DNA of 64,000 bases from an uncultured Frankineae bacterium (GTDB lineage Bacteria; Actinomycetota; Actinomycetes; Mycobacteriales; SCTD01): the NCBI GenBank assembly GCA_902805775.1, contig CADCUB010000052.1:2666-66665 (forward strand). Direction: 5' to 3'. The first letter of the stretch is position 1. The number at the start of each line of letters is the position of its first letter. Below are positions 20,697 through 28,282 of this stretch, piece after piece. Made by a program: the position numbers and the translations under genes. The notes under the pieces were generated by a model that had not been told where the DNA came from, did no database searches, and was given only the letters and a program-made list of their open reading frames with translations.

Positions 20697-20702
20697 TACG
20701 AT
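20697..20702 (+). promoter_or_regulatory. candidate -10 hexamer TACGAT, 6 nt upstream of the meaA ATG (possible leaderless mRNA)
   Basis: TANNNT, no SD. Confidence 0.3.
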
Positions 20703-20708
20703 CCGGGG

Positions 20709-22730
20709 ATGACGGAGCCGGAGACGTCCGAGCAGCGCCGCGACCGCGACCGGCCCTGGGTCATGCGCACCTACGCCGGCCACTCGACGCCGTCCGAGAG
20801 CAACGCGCTCTACCGGCGCAACCTCGGCAAGGGGCAGACCGGGCTGTCGGTCGCCTTCGACCTGCCGACGCAGACCGGCTACGACCCCGACCACGAGCTC
20901 GCCCGCGGGGAGGTCGGCAAGGTGGGCGTGCCGGTCAGCCACCTCGGCGACGTGCGGGCGCTGTTCGACGGGATCCCGCTGGCCGAGATGAACACCTCCA
21001 TGACCATCAACGCACCGGCGATGTGGATGCTCGCCCTCTACACGGCCGTCGCGCAGGAGCAGGGCGCCGACCCGGCCGAGCTCGCCGGCACGACGCAGAA
21101 CGACATCGTCAAGGAGTACCTCTCGCGCGGGACGTACGTCTTCCCGCCCGGGCCGTCCCTGCGGCTGATCACCGACATGGTGGCGCACACCGTCACGCAC
21201 ATGCCCAAGTGGAACCCGATCAACATCTGCAGCTACCACCTGCAGGAGGCCGGGGCCACGCCGGTGCAGGAGATCGCGTACGCGCTGTGCACGGCCATCG
21301 CCGTCCTCGACGCCGTGCAGGCCTCCGGCCAGGTGCCCGCCGAGCGCTTCGGGGAGGTCTGCGCCCGCATCTCGTTCTTCGTCAACGCCGGCGTCCGCTT
21401 CGTGGAGGAGATGTGCAAGATGCGCGCCTTCACCGCGCTGTGGGACGAGCTGCTGCAGGAGCGGTACGGCGTGACCGACGCGCGTCAGCGGCGCTTCCGC
21501 TACGGCGTGCAGGTCAACAGCCTCGGGCTCACCGAGGCCCAGCCGGAGAACAACGTCCAGCGCATCGTGCTGGAGATGCTCGGCGTGACCCTGTCGCGCG
21601 ACGCCCGGGCGCGGGCGGTGCAGCTGCCCGCCTGGAACGAGGCACTGGGCCTGCCCCGACCCTGGGACCAGCAGTGGTCGCTGCGGCTCCAGCAGGTGCT
21701 GGCCTTCGAGACCGACCTGCTCGAGCACGACGACCTGTTCGAGGGCTCGGTGGTCGTCGAGCGCGAGGTCGCCCGCCTGTCGGCGCAGGTCCGCGCGGAG
21801 GTCGACCGGGTGCAGGCCCTGGGCGGCGCCGTCGCGGCGGTCGAGTCGGGCTACATGAAGGGCGCCCTGGTCGCTTCACATGCCCAGCGCCGCCGCCGCA
21901 TCGAGGCCGGCGAGGACGTCGTCGTCGGGGTCAACCGCTTCACCACGACCGAGCCGAGCCCGTTGACGACCGACCTGGCAGGGGCGGTCGTGACGGTGGA
22001 CCCCGAGGTCGAGCAGCAGGCCGTCGACGCGGTGCGCGCCTGGCGGGCCGCGCGCGACGCCGCCGCCGTCGGCGAGGCGCTGCACGACCTGCGCGACGCC
22101 GCCAAGACCGACGCGAACCTCATGGCGGCGACCGTCGCCTGTGCACGCGCCGGGGTCACCACCGGGGAGTGGGCGGGGGCGCTGCGGGAGGTCTTCGGCG
22201 AGTACCGCGCGCCCACCGGCGTCTCGGGCAGCGTCGGCTCGGGTGCCGCGGCGGGCGAGGCCGTCGCCGCCGTCCGCTCGGCGGTGCGCCGCACCGGTGA
22301 GGAGCTCGGGGTCCGCCTGCGGCTGCTCGTCGGCAAGCCGGGTCTGGACGGGCACTCCAACGGCGCCGAGCAGATCGCCGTGCGGGCGCGCGACTGCGGC
22401 TTCGAGGTCGTCTACCAGGGCATCCGCCTCACGGCCGCGCAGATCGTCGCGGCCGCCGTCGAGGAGGACGTGCACGTCGTCGGCCTGTCGATCCTGTCCG
22501 GCTCGCACATGGAGGCGGTGCCCGCGGTGCTGCGCGGGCTGCGCGAGGCCGGTGCCGCCGACGTCCCGGTCGTCGTGGGCGGGATCATCCCCGGGAACGA
22601 CGCTGCGGCGCTGCGGGAGCAGGGCGTCGCCGCCGTCTACACGCCCAAGGACTTCGAGCTCACGTCGATCGTCCGCTCGATCGTCGAGGTGGTCCGTACG
22701 GCGCACGGGCTGCCGCCCCTGCCTGCCTGA
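20709..22730 (+). CDS. meaA: B12-dependent acyl-CoA mutase, fused substrate and B12-binding domains; most similar by eye to ethylmalonyl-CoA mutase (MeaA/Ecm)
   Basis: ORF 20592..22730 trimmed to ATG 20709. Motifs RPWVMRTYAGHSTPSESNALYRRNLGKGQTGLSVAFDLPTQTGYD and PKWNPINICSYHLQEAGATPVQE. C-terminal B12 motif LDGHSNG (DxHxxG). ccr, mce and meaB are nearby. Confidence 0.8.
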   Translation: MTEPETSEQRRDRDRPWVMRTYAGHSTPSESNALYRRNLGKGQTGLSVAFDLPTQTGYDPDHELARGEVGKVGVPVSHLGDVRALFDGIPLAEMNTSMTINAPAMWMLALYTAVAQEQGADPAELAGTTQNDIVKEYLSRGTYVFPPGPSLRLITDMVAHTVTHMPKWNPINICSYHLQEAGATPVQEIAYALCTAIAVLDAVQASGQVPAERFGEVCARISFFVNAGVRFVEEMCKMRAFTALWDELLQERYGVTDARQRRFRYGVQVNSLGLTEAQPENNVQRIVLEMLGVTLSRDARARAVQLPAWNEALGLPRPWDQQWSLRLQQVLAFETDLLEHDDLFEGSVVVEREVARLSAQVRAEVDRVQALGGAVAAVESGYMKGALVASHAQRRRRIEAGEDVVVGVNRFTTTEPSPLTTDLAGAVVTVDPEVEQQAVDAVRAWRAARDAAAVGEALHDLRDAAKTDANLMAATVACARAGVTTGEWAGALREVFGEYRAPTGVSGSVGSGAAAGEAVAAVRSAVRRTGEELGVRLRLLVGKPGLDGHSNGAEQIAVRARDCGFEVVYQGIRLTAAQIVAAAVEEDVHVVGLSILSGSHMEAVPAVLRGLREAGAADVPVVVGGIIPGNDAAALREQGVAAVYTPKDFELTSIVRSIVEVVRTAHGLPPLPA

Positions 22731-22837
22731 GCGGCGGCGGGACGGGGTCAGGAGCAGCACGGACGTCAGGAGCGGCGGCCGTGAGAACGCGGCCGGCCGT
22801 CAGGCAGCGGTGGGCCGTCAGACGGCGACGGCCGTCA
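22728..22837. repeat. degenerate tandem array of six T(G/C)AG-headed units of 16-20 nt, filling the spacer from the meaA stop codon to the stop codon of the convergent small ORF
   Basis: Units start at 22728 (TGAG), 22748 (TCAG), 22766 (TCAG), 22782 (TGAG), 22800 (TCAG) and 22818 (TCAG). A seventh TCAG at 22835 carries the minus-strand stop. Most units end in GGCCG or GGACG. Confidence 0.6.
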
Positions 22838-23029
22838 GAACCGGCGCCGCCGACGACCGGCGGTCGGGTGGCGGGCGTAGTCGGCCGCCTTCACCAGGGC
22901 GCCGCCCAGCGAGGGGTTGCGGCGCTCCACCCGGCGGCCGACGGCACCCAGCACGCGGCCGAGCAGGGGGAGCAGGACGGCGAACAGCGCCCACGTGCGC
23001 AGGCGGCGGGAGAAGAAGGCCCAGATCAT
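22835..23029 (-). CDS. hypothetical small membrane protein (64 aa)
   Basis: This is the 3' part of ORF 22835..23305, starting at ATG 23029. One TM helix (WALFAVLLPLLGRVLGAV), a basic tail, high GC3. Confidence 0.4.
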   Translation of the reverse strand: MIWAFFSRRLRTWALFAVLLPLLGRVLGAVGRRVERRNPSLGGALVKAADYARHPTAGRRRRRF

Positions 23030-23105
23030 CGTGTCGACATGCCCCCGGACCCGCCGTCCACGCCCCGGACGGGCGGGCCGGACGCGCGTGCGCGAAGGTC
23101 GACCG

Positions 23106-23399
23106 GTGACCGAGCCGTACGAGTGCTGGCTGCCGGCCGAGCGCGTGCCGGCCTTCCTGCGCGGTCTGGCCGACCACCTGCACGCGCCGCTCGACGTCGA
23201 GCGGGTGCTCGACGCCCTGCTCGACACCCACGTCGAGCGCTCCCGCTGGCTGGTGCTGCCGCTGCCCGGGCCGCTGCGCGTCGAGCTGGCCGGCGAGCCC
23301 GGCACCGGCGCGGTCGAGGTGCGGGCCCGGCCGACCGGCCCGGGCGCCGACGAGGTGCGGGCTGCGCTGCGCGGGCTGGGGGCGCTGCCGGGCCGCTGA
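23106..23399 (+). CDS. hypothetical protein (97 aa)
   Basis: ORF 22917..23399 trimmed to GTG 23106. Balanced amino-acid composition and near-complete G/C at third positions. No family recognised. Confidence 0.5.
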   Translation: MTEPYECWLPAERVPAFLRGLADHLHAPLDVERVLDALLDTHVERSRWLVLPLPGPLRVELAGEPGTGAVEVRARPTGPGADEVRAALRGLGALPGR

Positions 23400-23452
23400 G
23401 TGCCCCGGCCACTGAGTGACCCGGCCGCTGAGTGACCGGGCCGCCGAGCACC
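23388..23452 (+). repeat. 16/17-nt tandem repeat CCGGCC(R)CTGAGTGAC x4; the first copy contains the stop codon of CDS 23106..23399
   Basis: Copies at 23388-23404, 23405-23420, 23421-23436 and 23437-23452; the last has decayed to CGGGCCGCCGAGCACC. TGA triplets at 23397, 23413, 23417, 23429 and 23433 cover all three frames. Confidence 0.8.
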
Positions 23453-23479
23453 GCTCCACCGGGCACGGGGTCGGGCGGG

Positions 23480-24208
23480 TCAGAGCGGGCGCGGTCGCCC
23501 GATCCGCACCTGCACCCCGGGCGACCAGAGGACGTGCGGCGCCCCCTGCGGCGCCGGCAGGCCGGCGAGCTCGACGAGGTCGTCCGACAGGTCGAGCAGC
23601 TCGGCCCGGTGCAGCGGCCACGGCGGGTGGTCGACCGGGGCGAAGGCGGTCCGGCCGCCGTACCAGGTCGAGAACAGCCCCCAGCGGGCCGTGAGGAACA
23701 GCGCCAGCTCGTCGGCGGCGACCGGCTCGCCGAGGCGCACCCGCACCCGGCCGCCCGCACGGCGGGGTCCGGGCCAGCGCCGGGAGGTCTCGTAGGCGAC
23801 GGTGTCCGGCCCGTGCCGCACCGCCATCCGGGCCCACAGGTAGGGCAGGCGGTACGACGCCCGCGCCGCGACCACCGGCAGCAGCCGCGCGGCCTCGAGC
23901 GAGCGGAACACCACGCCGCGCCGGCCGCTGACCGGGTCGACCGCGTACAGCCGCACGTTGGTCTCCGGGAAGCCCGACAGGTGCGGCAGCGGCGGCGTGC
24001 CGAGGATGCGCACCCGCGACATGACGAACGGCACGAGCCCCACGTAGGTGACGCCCCCCAGGACGTCGGGCACCGTGCCGGCCGGCAGCAGCGGCGCCAC
24101 GACCGCCGGGTCGAGCGGCCAGTGGAGCATCGTCAGGTCGCCCCAGTGCTGGGTGAACACCGGCCGCCGCACCGGCGTGGGCGGCGTCTCGGTCAGCGGC
24201 TCGGGCAC
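23480..24208 (-). CDS. DUF2071 (YqjF-like) family protein
   Basis: 242 aa. Motifs ..FTQHWGDLTMLHWP.., ..GLVPFVMSRVR.., ..FPETNVRLYAV.. and ..GVVFRSLEA.., which are typical of DUF2071. Confidence 0.7.
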   Translation of the reverse strand: MPEPLTETPPTPVRRPVFTQHWGDLTMLHWPLDPAVVAPLLPAGTVPDVLGGVTYVGLVPFVMSRVRILGTPPLPHLSGFPETNVRLYAVDPVSGRRGVVFRSLEAARLLPVVAARASYRLPYLWARMAVRHGPDTVAYETSRRWPGPRRAGGRVRVRLGEPVAADELALFLTARWGLFSTWYGGRTAFAPVDHPPWPLHRAELLDLSDDLVELAGLPAPQGAPHVLWSPGVQVRIGRPRPL

Positions 24209-24324
24209 GACGTCACGCTAGGGGCCGGCGACCTCGGTCGGCCACCCGGCGGGGTCGCACCAGCGACGGACGACCCGCAGCTGCGGCGGCCGGGTGAGCC
24301 GGCACCGCTCGGGCTGGCCGACCG

Positions 24325-24330
24325 TAGGCT
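24325..24330 (+). promoter_or_regulatory. candidate -10 hexamer TAGGCT, 8 nt upstream of the nucS ATG (possible leaderless mRNA)
   Basis: TANNNT, no SD. Confidence 0.3.
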
Positions 24331-24338
24331 GCGTCCCC

Positions 24339-24992
24339 ATGCGCCTGGTCATCGCGTCGTGCTCGGTCGACTACGTCGGCCGCCTGACCGCCCACCTGCC
24401 CAGCGCCGTGCGGCTGCTGCTGGTGAAGGCCGACGGGTCCGTCTCGATCCACGCCGACGACCGCGCCTACAAGCCGCTGATGTGGATGAGCCCGCCGTGC
24501 ACCACGCTCGAGCTGGACGGGCTCTGGACGGTGACGAACAAGGCCGGCGAGCAGCTCGTCATCACGGTCGAGGAGGTCCTGTCCGACGTCTCGCACGTGC
24601 TCGGCCCCGACCCGGGCCTGGTCAAGGACGGCGTGGAGAAGGACCTGCAGGCGCTGCTCGCCGACCGCTGCGAGGTCCTGGGCGAGGGCTGGACGCTGGT
24701 GCAGCGCGAGTACGCCACCGACATCGGCCCGGTGGACCTGCTGTGCCGCGACGCCACGGGCGCGCACGTGCTGGTCGAGGTCAAGCGGCACGCCGAGATC
24801 GACGGCGTCGAGCAGCTCACCCGCTACCTGCAGCGCGTCTCGACCGTGCTCGGCGAGGTCCGGGGCGTGCTCGCGGCCCAGAGCTTCAAGCCGCAGGCCA
24901 AGGTGCTCGCGGCCGACCGCGGCATCGTCTGCCTGCAGCTGGACTACGACCGGCTGCGGGGGATGGAGGCGGGTACGCCCACGCTGTTCTGA
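24339..24992 (+). CDS. nucS: endonuclease NucS (EndoMS), mismatch-specific
   Basis: ORF 24294..24992 trimmed to ATG 24339 ([16 protein letters not shown]..). C-terminal RecB-like nuclease motifs ..[17 protein letters not shown]... Confidence 0.9.
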   Translation: MRLVIASCSVDYVGRLTAHLPSAVRLLLVKADGSVSIHADDRAYKPLMWMSPPCTTLELDGLWTVTNKAGEQLVITVEEVLSDVSHVLGPDPGLVKDGVEKDLQALLADRCEVLGEGWTLVQREYATDIGPVDLLCRDATGAHVLVEVKRHAEIDGVEQLTRYLQRVSTVLGEVRGVLAAQSFKPQAKVLAADRGIVCLQLDYDRLRGMEAGTPTLF

Positions 24993-25026
24993 GCCGCCCG
25001 ACACCCCGAGGAGCAGGAGGAGCGCG

Positions 25027-25350
25027 ATGCCGAGCGGCTCACGGCGCTCGGCACGCCGGGCCGCGGCGCTGGACGCGCTCAAGCGTGCTGATGGCGAGGG
25101 TCCCGCGGTGCCGGCGGGCGAGCGGGTCGAGGACGGCCACGTCGTGCGCGCGGTGGCCGGGACCGCCAGCGCCCGGCCGTACCGCTGCCCGGGCTGCGAC
25201 CACGAGCTGCGGGCCTCGACGCCGCACGTCGTGGCCTGGCCCGAGGGCCGGCCGGACGACCGCCGCCACTGGCACACCGCCTGCTGGAGCGCCCGCGGGC
25301 GCCGCGGCGTGAAGGTGCACCGCAGCAAGAACGCCCCCCGCTACGGCTGA
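25027..25350 (+). CDS. conserved actinobacterial Zn-ribbon protein (Rv1322 class)
   Basis: 107 aa with a strong SD (GGAGCAGGAGGAG). Motif ..YRCPGCDHEL..HWHTACW.., a CxxC...HxxC putative metal site. Confidence 0.6.
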   Translation: MPSGSRRSARRAAALDALKRADGEGPAVPAGERVEDGHVVRAVAGTASARPYRCPGCDHELRASTPHVVAWPEGRPDDRRHWHTACWSARGRRGVKVHRSKNAPRYG

Positions 25351-25351
25351 G

Positions 25352-25372
25352 GCCCGCCGACCGCCGGCGGGC
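25352..25372 (+). terminator. hairpin (8-bp stem GCCCGCCG/CGGCGGGC, 5-nt loop) immediately after the Zn-ribbon gene
   Basis: 25352-25359 pairs with 25365-25372. No U tract. Confidence 0.4.
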
Positions 25373-25382
25373 GCCCTGCGCC

Positions 25383-25388
25383 TATCGT
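25383..25388 (+). promoter_or_regulatory. candidate -10 hexamer TATCGT, 8 nt upstream of the GTG of the hydrolase gene (possible leaderless mRNA)
   Basis: TANNNT, no SD. Confidence 0.3.
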
Positions 25389-25396
25389 CGCGGGCC

Positions 25397-26110
25397 GTGC
25401 CCGACATCCGCCAGAACACCGTGCTGCCCGCCGAGCGGCGCGACGTCGTCCTGCACACGGCCGACGGCCTCGAGCTGGTGGGCGAGCTGGCGCTGCCCGT
25501 CGACCGACCGCCGGCCGCGACGCTGATCTGCCTGCACCCGCTGCCGACCGAGGGCGGGTTCATGGACAGCCACCTGCTCAAGAAGGCGAGCTACCGGCTG
25601 CCGGCGCTGGCCGACCTCGCCGTGCTGCGCTTCAACACCCGGGGCACGAGCAGTCCGCGGGGCACCAGCCAGGGCAGCTTCGACGCCGCGCAGGACGAGC
25701 GCTACGACGTGGCCGCTGCGCTCGACCTCTGCGAGGCCGAGGACCTGCCGGCGCTGTGGCTGCTCGGCTGGTCGTTCGGGACCGACCTGGCCCTGCGCCA
25801 CGGCTGCGACCCGTCGGTCGTCGGGGCCGTGCTCATCAGCCCACCCCTGCGCTTCTCGACACCGGAGGACCTCGCGGTCTGGGCGCGGTCGGGCAAGCCG
25901 GTCACCGCCCTCGTCCCCGAGCACGACGACTTCCTGCGGCCGGCCGAGGCCCGCGAGCGCTTCGCCGCGGTGCCGCAGGCCGAGGTCGTCGCGGTCGAGG
26001 GCGCCAAGCACCTGTTCGTCGGCTTCACCGAGCGCGTGCTCGACGAGGTCGTGCGCCGCGTGCACCCCGCCGCCCACCCCCTGCCGCGCACCTACGAGGA
26101 GACCCCGTGA
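25397..26110 (+). CDS. alpha/beta-fold hydrolase
   Basis: 237 aa. Nucleophile-elbow-like GWSFG and an overall alpha/beta hydrolase pattern. Substrate unknown. Confidence 0.7.
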   Translation: MPDIRQNTVLPAERRDVVLHTADGLELVGELALPVDRPPAATLICLHPLPTEGGFMDSHLLKKASYRLPALADLAVLRFNTRGTSSPRGTSQGSFDAAQDERYDVAAALDLCEAEDLPALWLLGWSFGTDLALRHGCDPSVVGAVLISPPLRFSTPEDLAVWARSGKPVTALVPEHDDFLRPAEARERFAAVPQAEVVAVEGAKHLFVGFTERVLDEVVRRVHPAAHPLPRTYEETP

Positions 26111-26859
26111 CCGACCTGACCGGCCGCACCGCCCTGGTGACCGGTGCCTCCCGGGGCATCGGGCGCGCGATCGCCGTCGGCCTGGCCCGCGCCGGCGCCG
26201 ACGTCGCGCTGTCGGCCCGCGACGAGGCGCGGCTGGCCGAGGTGCGCACCGAGGTCGAGGCGCTGGGCCGGCGGGCGCTGGTCCTGCCGGCCGACGTCAC
26301 CGACGCCGAGCAGTGCGTCCGCCTGGCCGCCCAGGCGGTCGAGGGGCTCGGGCAGCTCGACGTGCTGGTCAACAACGCGGGCGGCTCGTCGTTCCTGGGC
26401 CCGTTCACCGAGCTGCGCTTCCGCGGCTGGGAGAAGGTGATGCGCCTCAACGTCGACTCCGTCGTCCACCTCAGCCAGGCCGTCGGCCGCCACATGCTCG
26501 AGCGCCGCACCGGGTCGGTGATCAACGTCGCGTCCGTCGCCGGGCTCAAGGGCACCCCTGCGCTCGCGCCCTACGGCGCGTCCAAGGCGGCGGTGATCAG
26601 CCTCACCCGCTCGCTGGCGCTCGAGTGGGGGACGTCGGGAGTGCGGGTCAACGCGCTGTGCCCGGGCTGGACGCGGACCGACCTCAACGCCGACCTGTGG
26701 CGCGACGAGGCGCTGGCCGCCTCGCTGGTCGCCACGACGGGGATGAAGCGCTGGGCGTCGCCGGAGGAGATGGTCGGGCCCACGGTGTTCCTGGCCAGCG
26801 ACGCCAGCAGCTTCGTCACCGGGCAGGCGCTCGTCGTCGACGGTGGCGAGCTGGCCTAG
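26107..26859 (+). CDS. short-chain dehydrogenase/reductase (SDR)
   Basis: GTG 26107 overlaps the upstream stop (GTGA). TGASRGIGRA cofactor motif and YGASKAA catalytic motif. Confidence 0.9.
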   Translation: MTDLTGRTALVTGASRGIGRAIAVGLARAGADVALSARDEARLAEVRTEVEALGRRALVLPADVTDAEQCVRLAAQAVEGLGQLDVLVNNAGGSSFLGPFTELRFRGWEKVMRLNVDSVVHLSQAVGRHMLERRTGSVINVASVAGLKGTPALAPYGASKAAVISLTRSLALEWGTSGVRVNALCPGWTRTDLNADLWRDEALAASLVATTGMKRWASPEEMVGPTVFLASDASSFVTGQALVVDGGELA

Positions 26860-26875
26860 CCGGCCCGGCGTCCGG

Positions 26876-28282
26876 TCAGGCGGCGTCCTGGCGCGGGGCC
26901 ACCACCTCGGCCAGGACCAGCTGCACGGCCGCCGCGATGGGGATCGCCAGCAGCGCACCGAGCACCCCGAGCAGGGCGCCACCGATCAGGACCGCGACGA
27001 CGGTGGCCGCCGGCGACACGTCGACCGAGCGCTGCATGATGCGGGGGTAGAGCAGGTAGTTCTCCAGCTGCTGGTAGACGACGAACCAGACCGCGATGAT
27101 GATCCCGTCCTGGACCGAGCTGAACATCGCGACGGCGGTCAGGATCGCCGCACCGATCGTGGCGCCGATGAGCGGCACCAGGCCGGTGAGGAAGACCAGC
27201 ATCGCCAGCGCCACCGCGTAGTCGATGCCCAGGACCGTGAGCAGGCAGTAGGTCAGGCCGGCGTTGAGCGAGGCGATCGACACCGCGCCGGCGACGTAGC
27301 CGCCGACCCGCGTGAGGATCTCGTCGGTGAGCAGACCGACCCGGGCCCGCCGCGACCGGGGGACGAGCCGGTAGGCCTGCGCCTTGATCGACGGCAGGTT
27401 GGCCAGGAAGTACAGCGTCACGATGAAGACGACCAGGGTGCTGGCGAAGAAGCCGAACACGGCCCGGCCGACCCCGAGCACGCCACCGGCCGCCCCCAGC
27501 CCGATCCGCTCGGGGTCGGCGACGAGGTCCTGCGCGCGCTGCAGCAGGCCGAAGCGCTCGTCGAGGGAGGCGATGCGCCCGTTGTCCTGCAGCCGCCGGA
27601 CGTAGTCGGGAGCCGCCTGCACGAACGCCTGCGCCTGCTCCACGATCGGCGGGACGACGGCGAAGCCGAAGCCCACGAAGAACAGCAGCACCGCCGACAA
27701 CACGGCGGCGACGGCGAGCGGCCGCCGCAGGCCGCGCCGCTCCAGCGCCTCGACGGCGGGGTTGAGCCCGATGGCGAGGAACGCCGCGGTCAGCAGCAGG
27801 ACCAGCACCGACTGCACCGAGATCAGCGCGCGGACCAGGCCGTACGCGACGGCGACACCGAGCGCCGCCGAGAACGCCACCCGGAACGGGGAGCGGGGCG
27901 CGAGCGGGCGGCCGGGCCGGCCGAACGGGTTGTCGTCGTCGACGTGGGCCTCGATGCGGCGCACGGCGGTCTCGAGGACGGGGTCGTCCGGAGGTGCGAC
28001 GAGGCTGGCGGCGGTGACCGCGCTCGCCCCGGCCTCGCGGGCGCCGAGCTCGGCCTGCTCGGCGCCGGCCTGCGCCTGCTGGGCCACGGCTCGTGCCTGG
28101 TCGGCGTCCTGCGCCGAGGAGTCCGCCTGCTGCAGGACCTCCCCGACCCGCTCGTCGACGGCGTCGTCGACCCGTTCCTCGACGGCCTCGTCGACCGCCT
28201 GGTCGACGACCCGGGTCAGGGGGGAGTGCTCGGGCCGCGTCTCACTCACCGGGACGCACGCGGGCAGAGCTCTGCCGCGCAC
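26876..28282 (-). CDS. AI-2E (PerM/YhhT) family transporter with a long acidic N-terminal extension
   Basis: Polytopic core with ..LVPLIGATIGAAILTAVAMF.. and ..LLAIPIAAAVQLVL... The alternative GTG start at 28249 is equally plausible. Confidence 0.8.
   Translation of the reverse strand: MRGRALPACVPVSETRPEHSPLTRVVDQAVDEAVEERVDDAVDERVGEVLQQADSSAQDADQARAVAQQAQAGAEQAELGAREAGASAVTAASLVAPPDDPVLETAVRRIEAHVDDDNPFGRPGRPLAPRSPFRVAFSAALGVAVAYGLVRALISVQSVLVLLLTAAFLAIGLNPAVEALERRGLRRPLAVAAVLSAVLLFFVGFGFAVVPPIVEQAQAFVQAAPDYVRRLQDNGRIASLDERFGLLQRAQDLVADPERIGLGAAGGVLGVGRAVFGFFASTLVVFIVTLYFLANLPSIKAQAYRLVPRSRRARVGLLTDEILTRVGGYVAGAVSIASLNAGLTYCLLTVLGIDYAVALAMLVFLTGLVPLIGATIGAAILTAVAMFSSVQDGIIIAVWFVVYQQLENYLLYPRIMQRSVDVSPAATVVAVLIGGALLGVLGALLAIPIAAAVQLVLAEVVAPRQDAA

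Noticed and set aside
20196-20708. An rRNA operon or tRNA genes downstream of murA, as in the M. tuberculosis gene order
   Set aside because: The region holds a small minus-strand ORF and the meaA upstream region. No 16S-like sequence and no tRNA T-loop (GGTTCGAATCC-type) motif was seen here or in any other spacer of the window.
22917-23105. N-terminal 63 codons of ORF 22917..23399
   Set aside because: This part is Arg/Pro/Thr-rich. It is antisense to the small membrane ORF 22835..23029 and its upstream region. The downstream GTG at 23106 gives a product with normal composition.
22728-23452. Whether the repeat arrays at 22728, 23388, 44758 and 58066 could be CRISPR arrays
   Set aside because: The units are 13-20 nt and directly abutting, with no unique spacers. 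There are at most 4-7 copies, and no cas genes are in the window. These are simple tandem repeats, not CRISPR.
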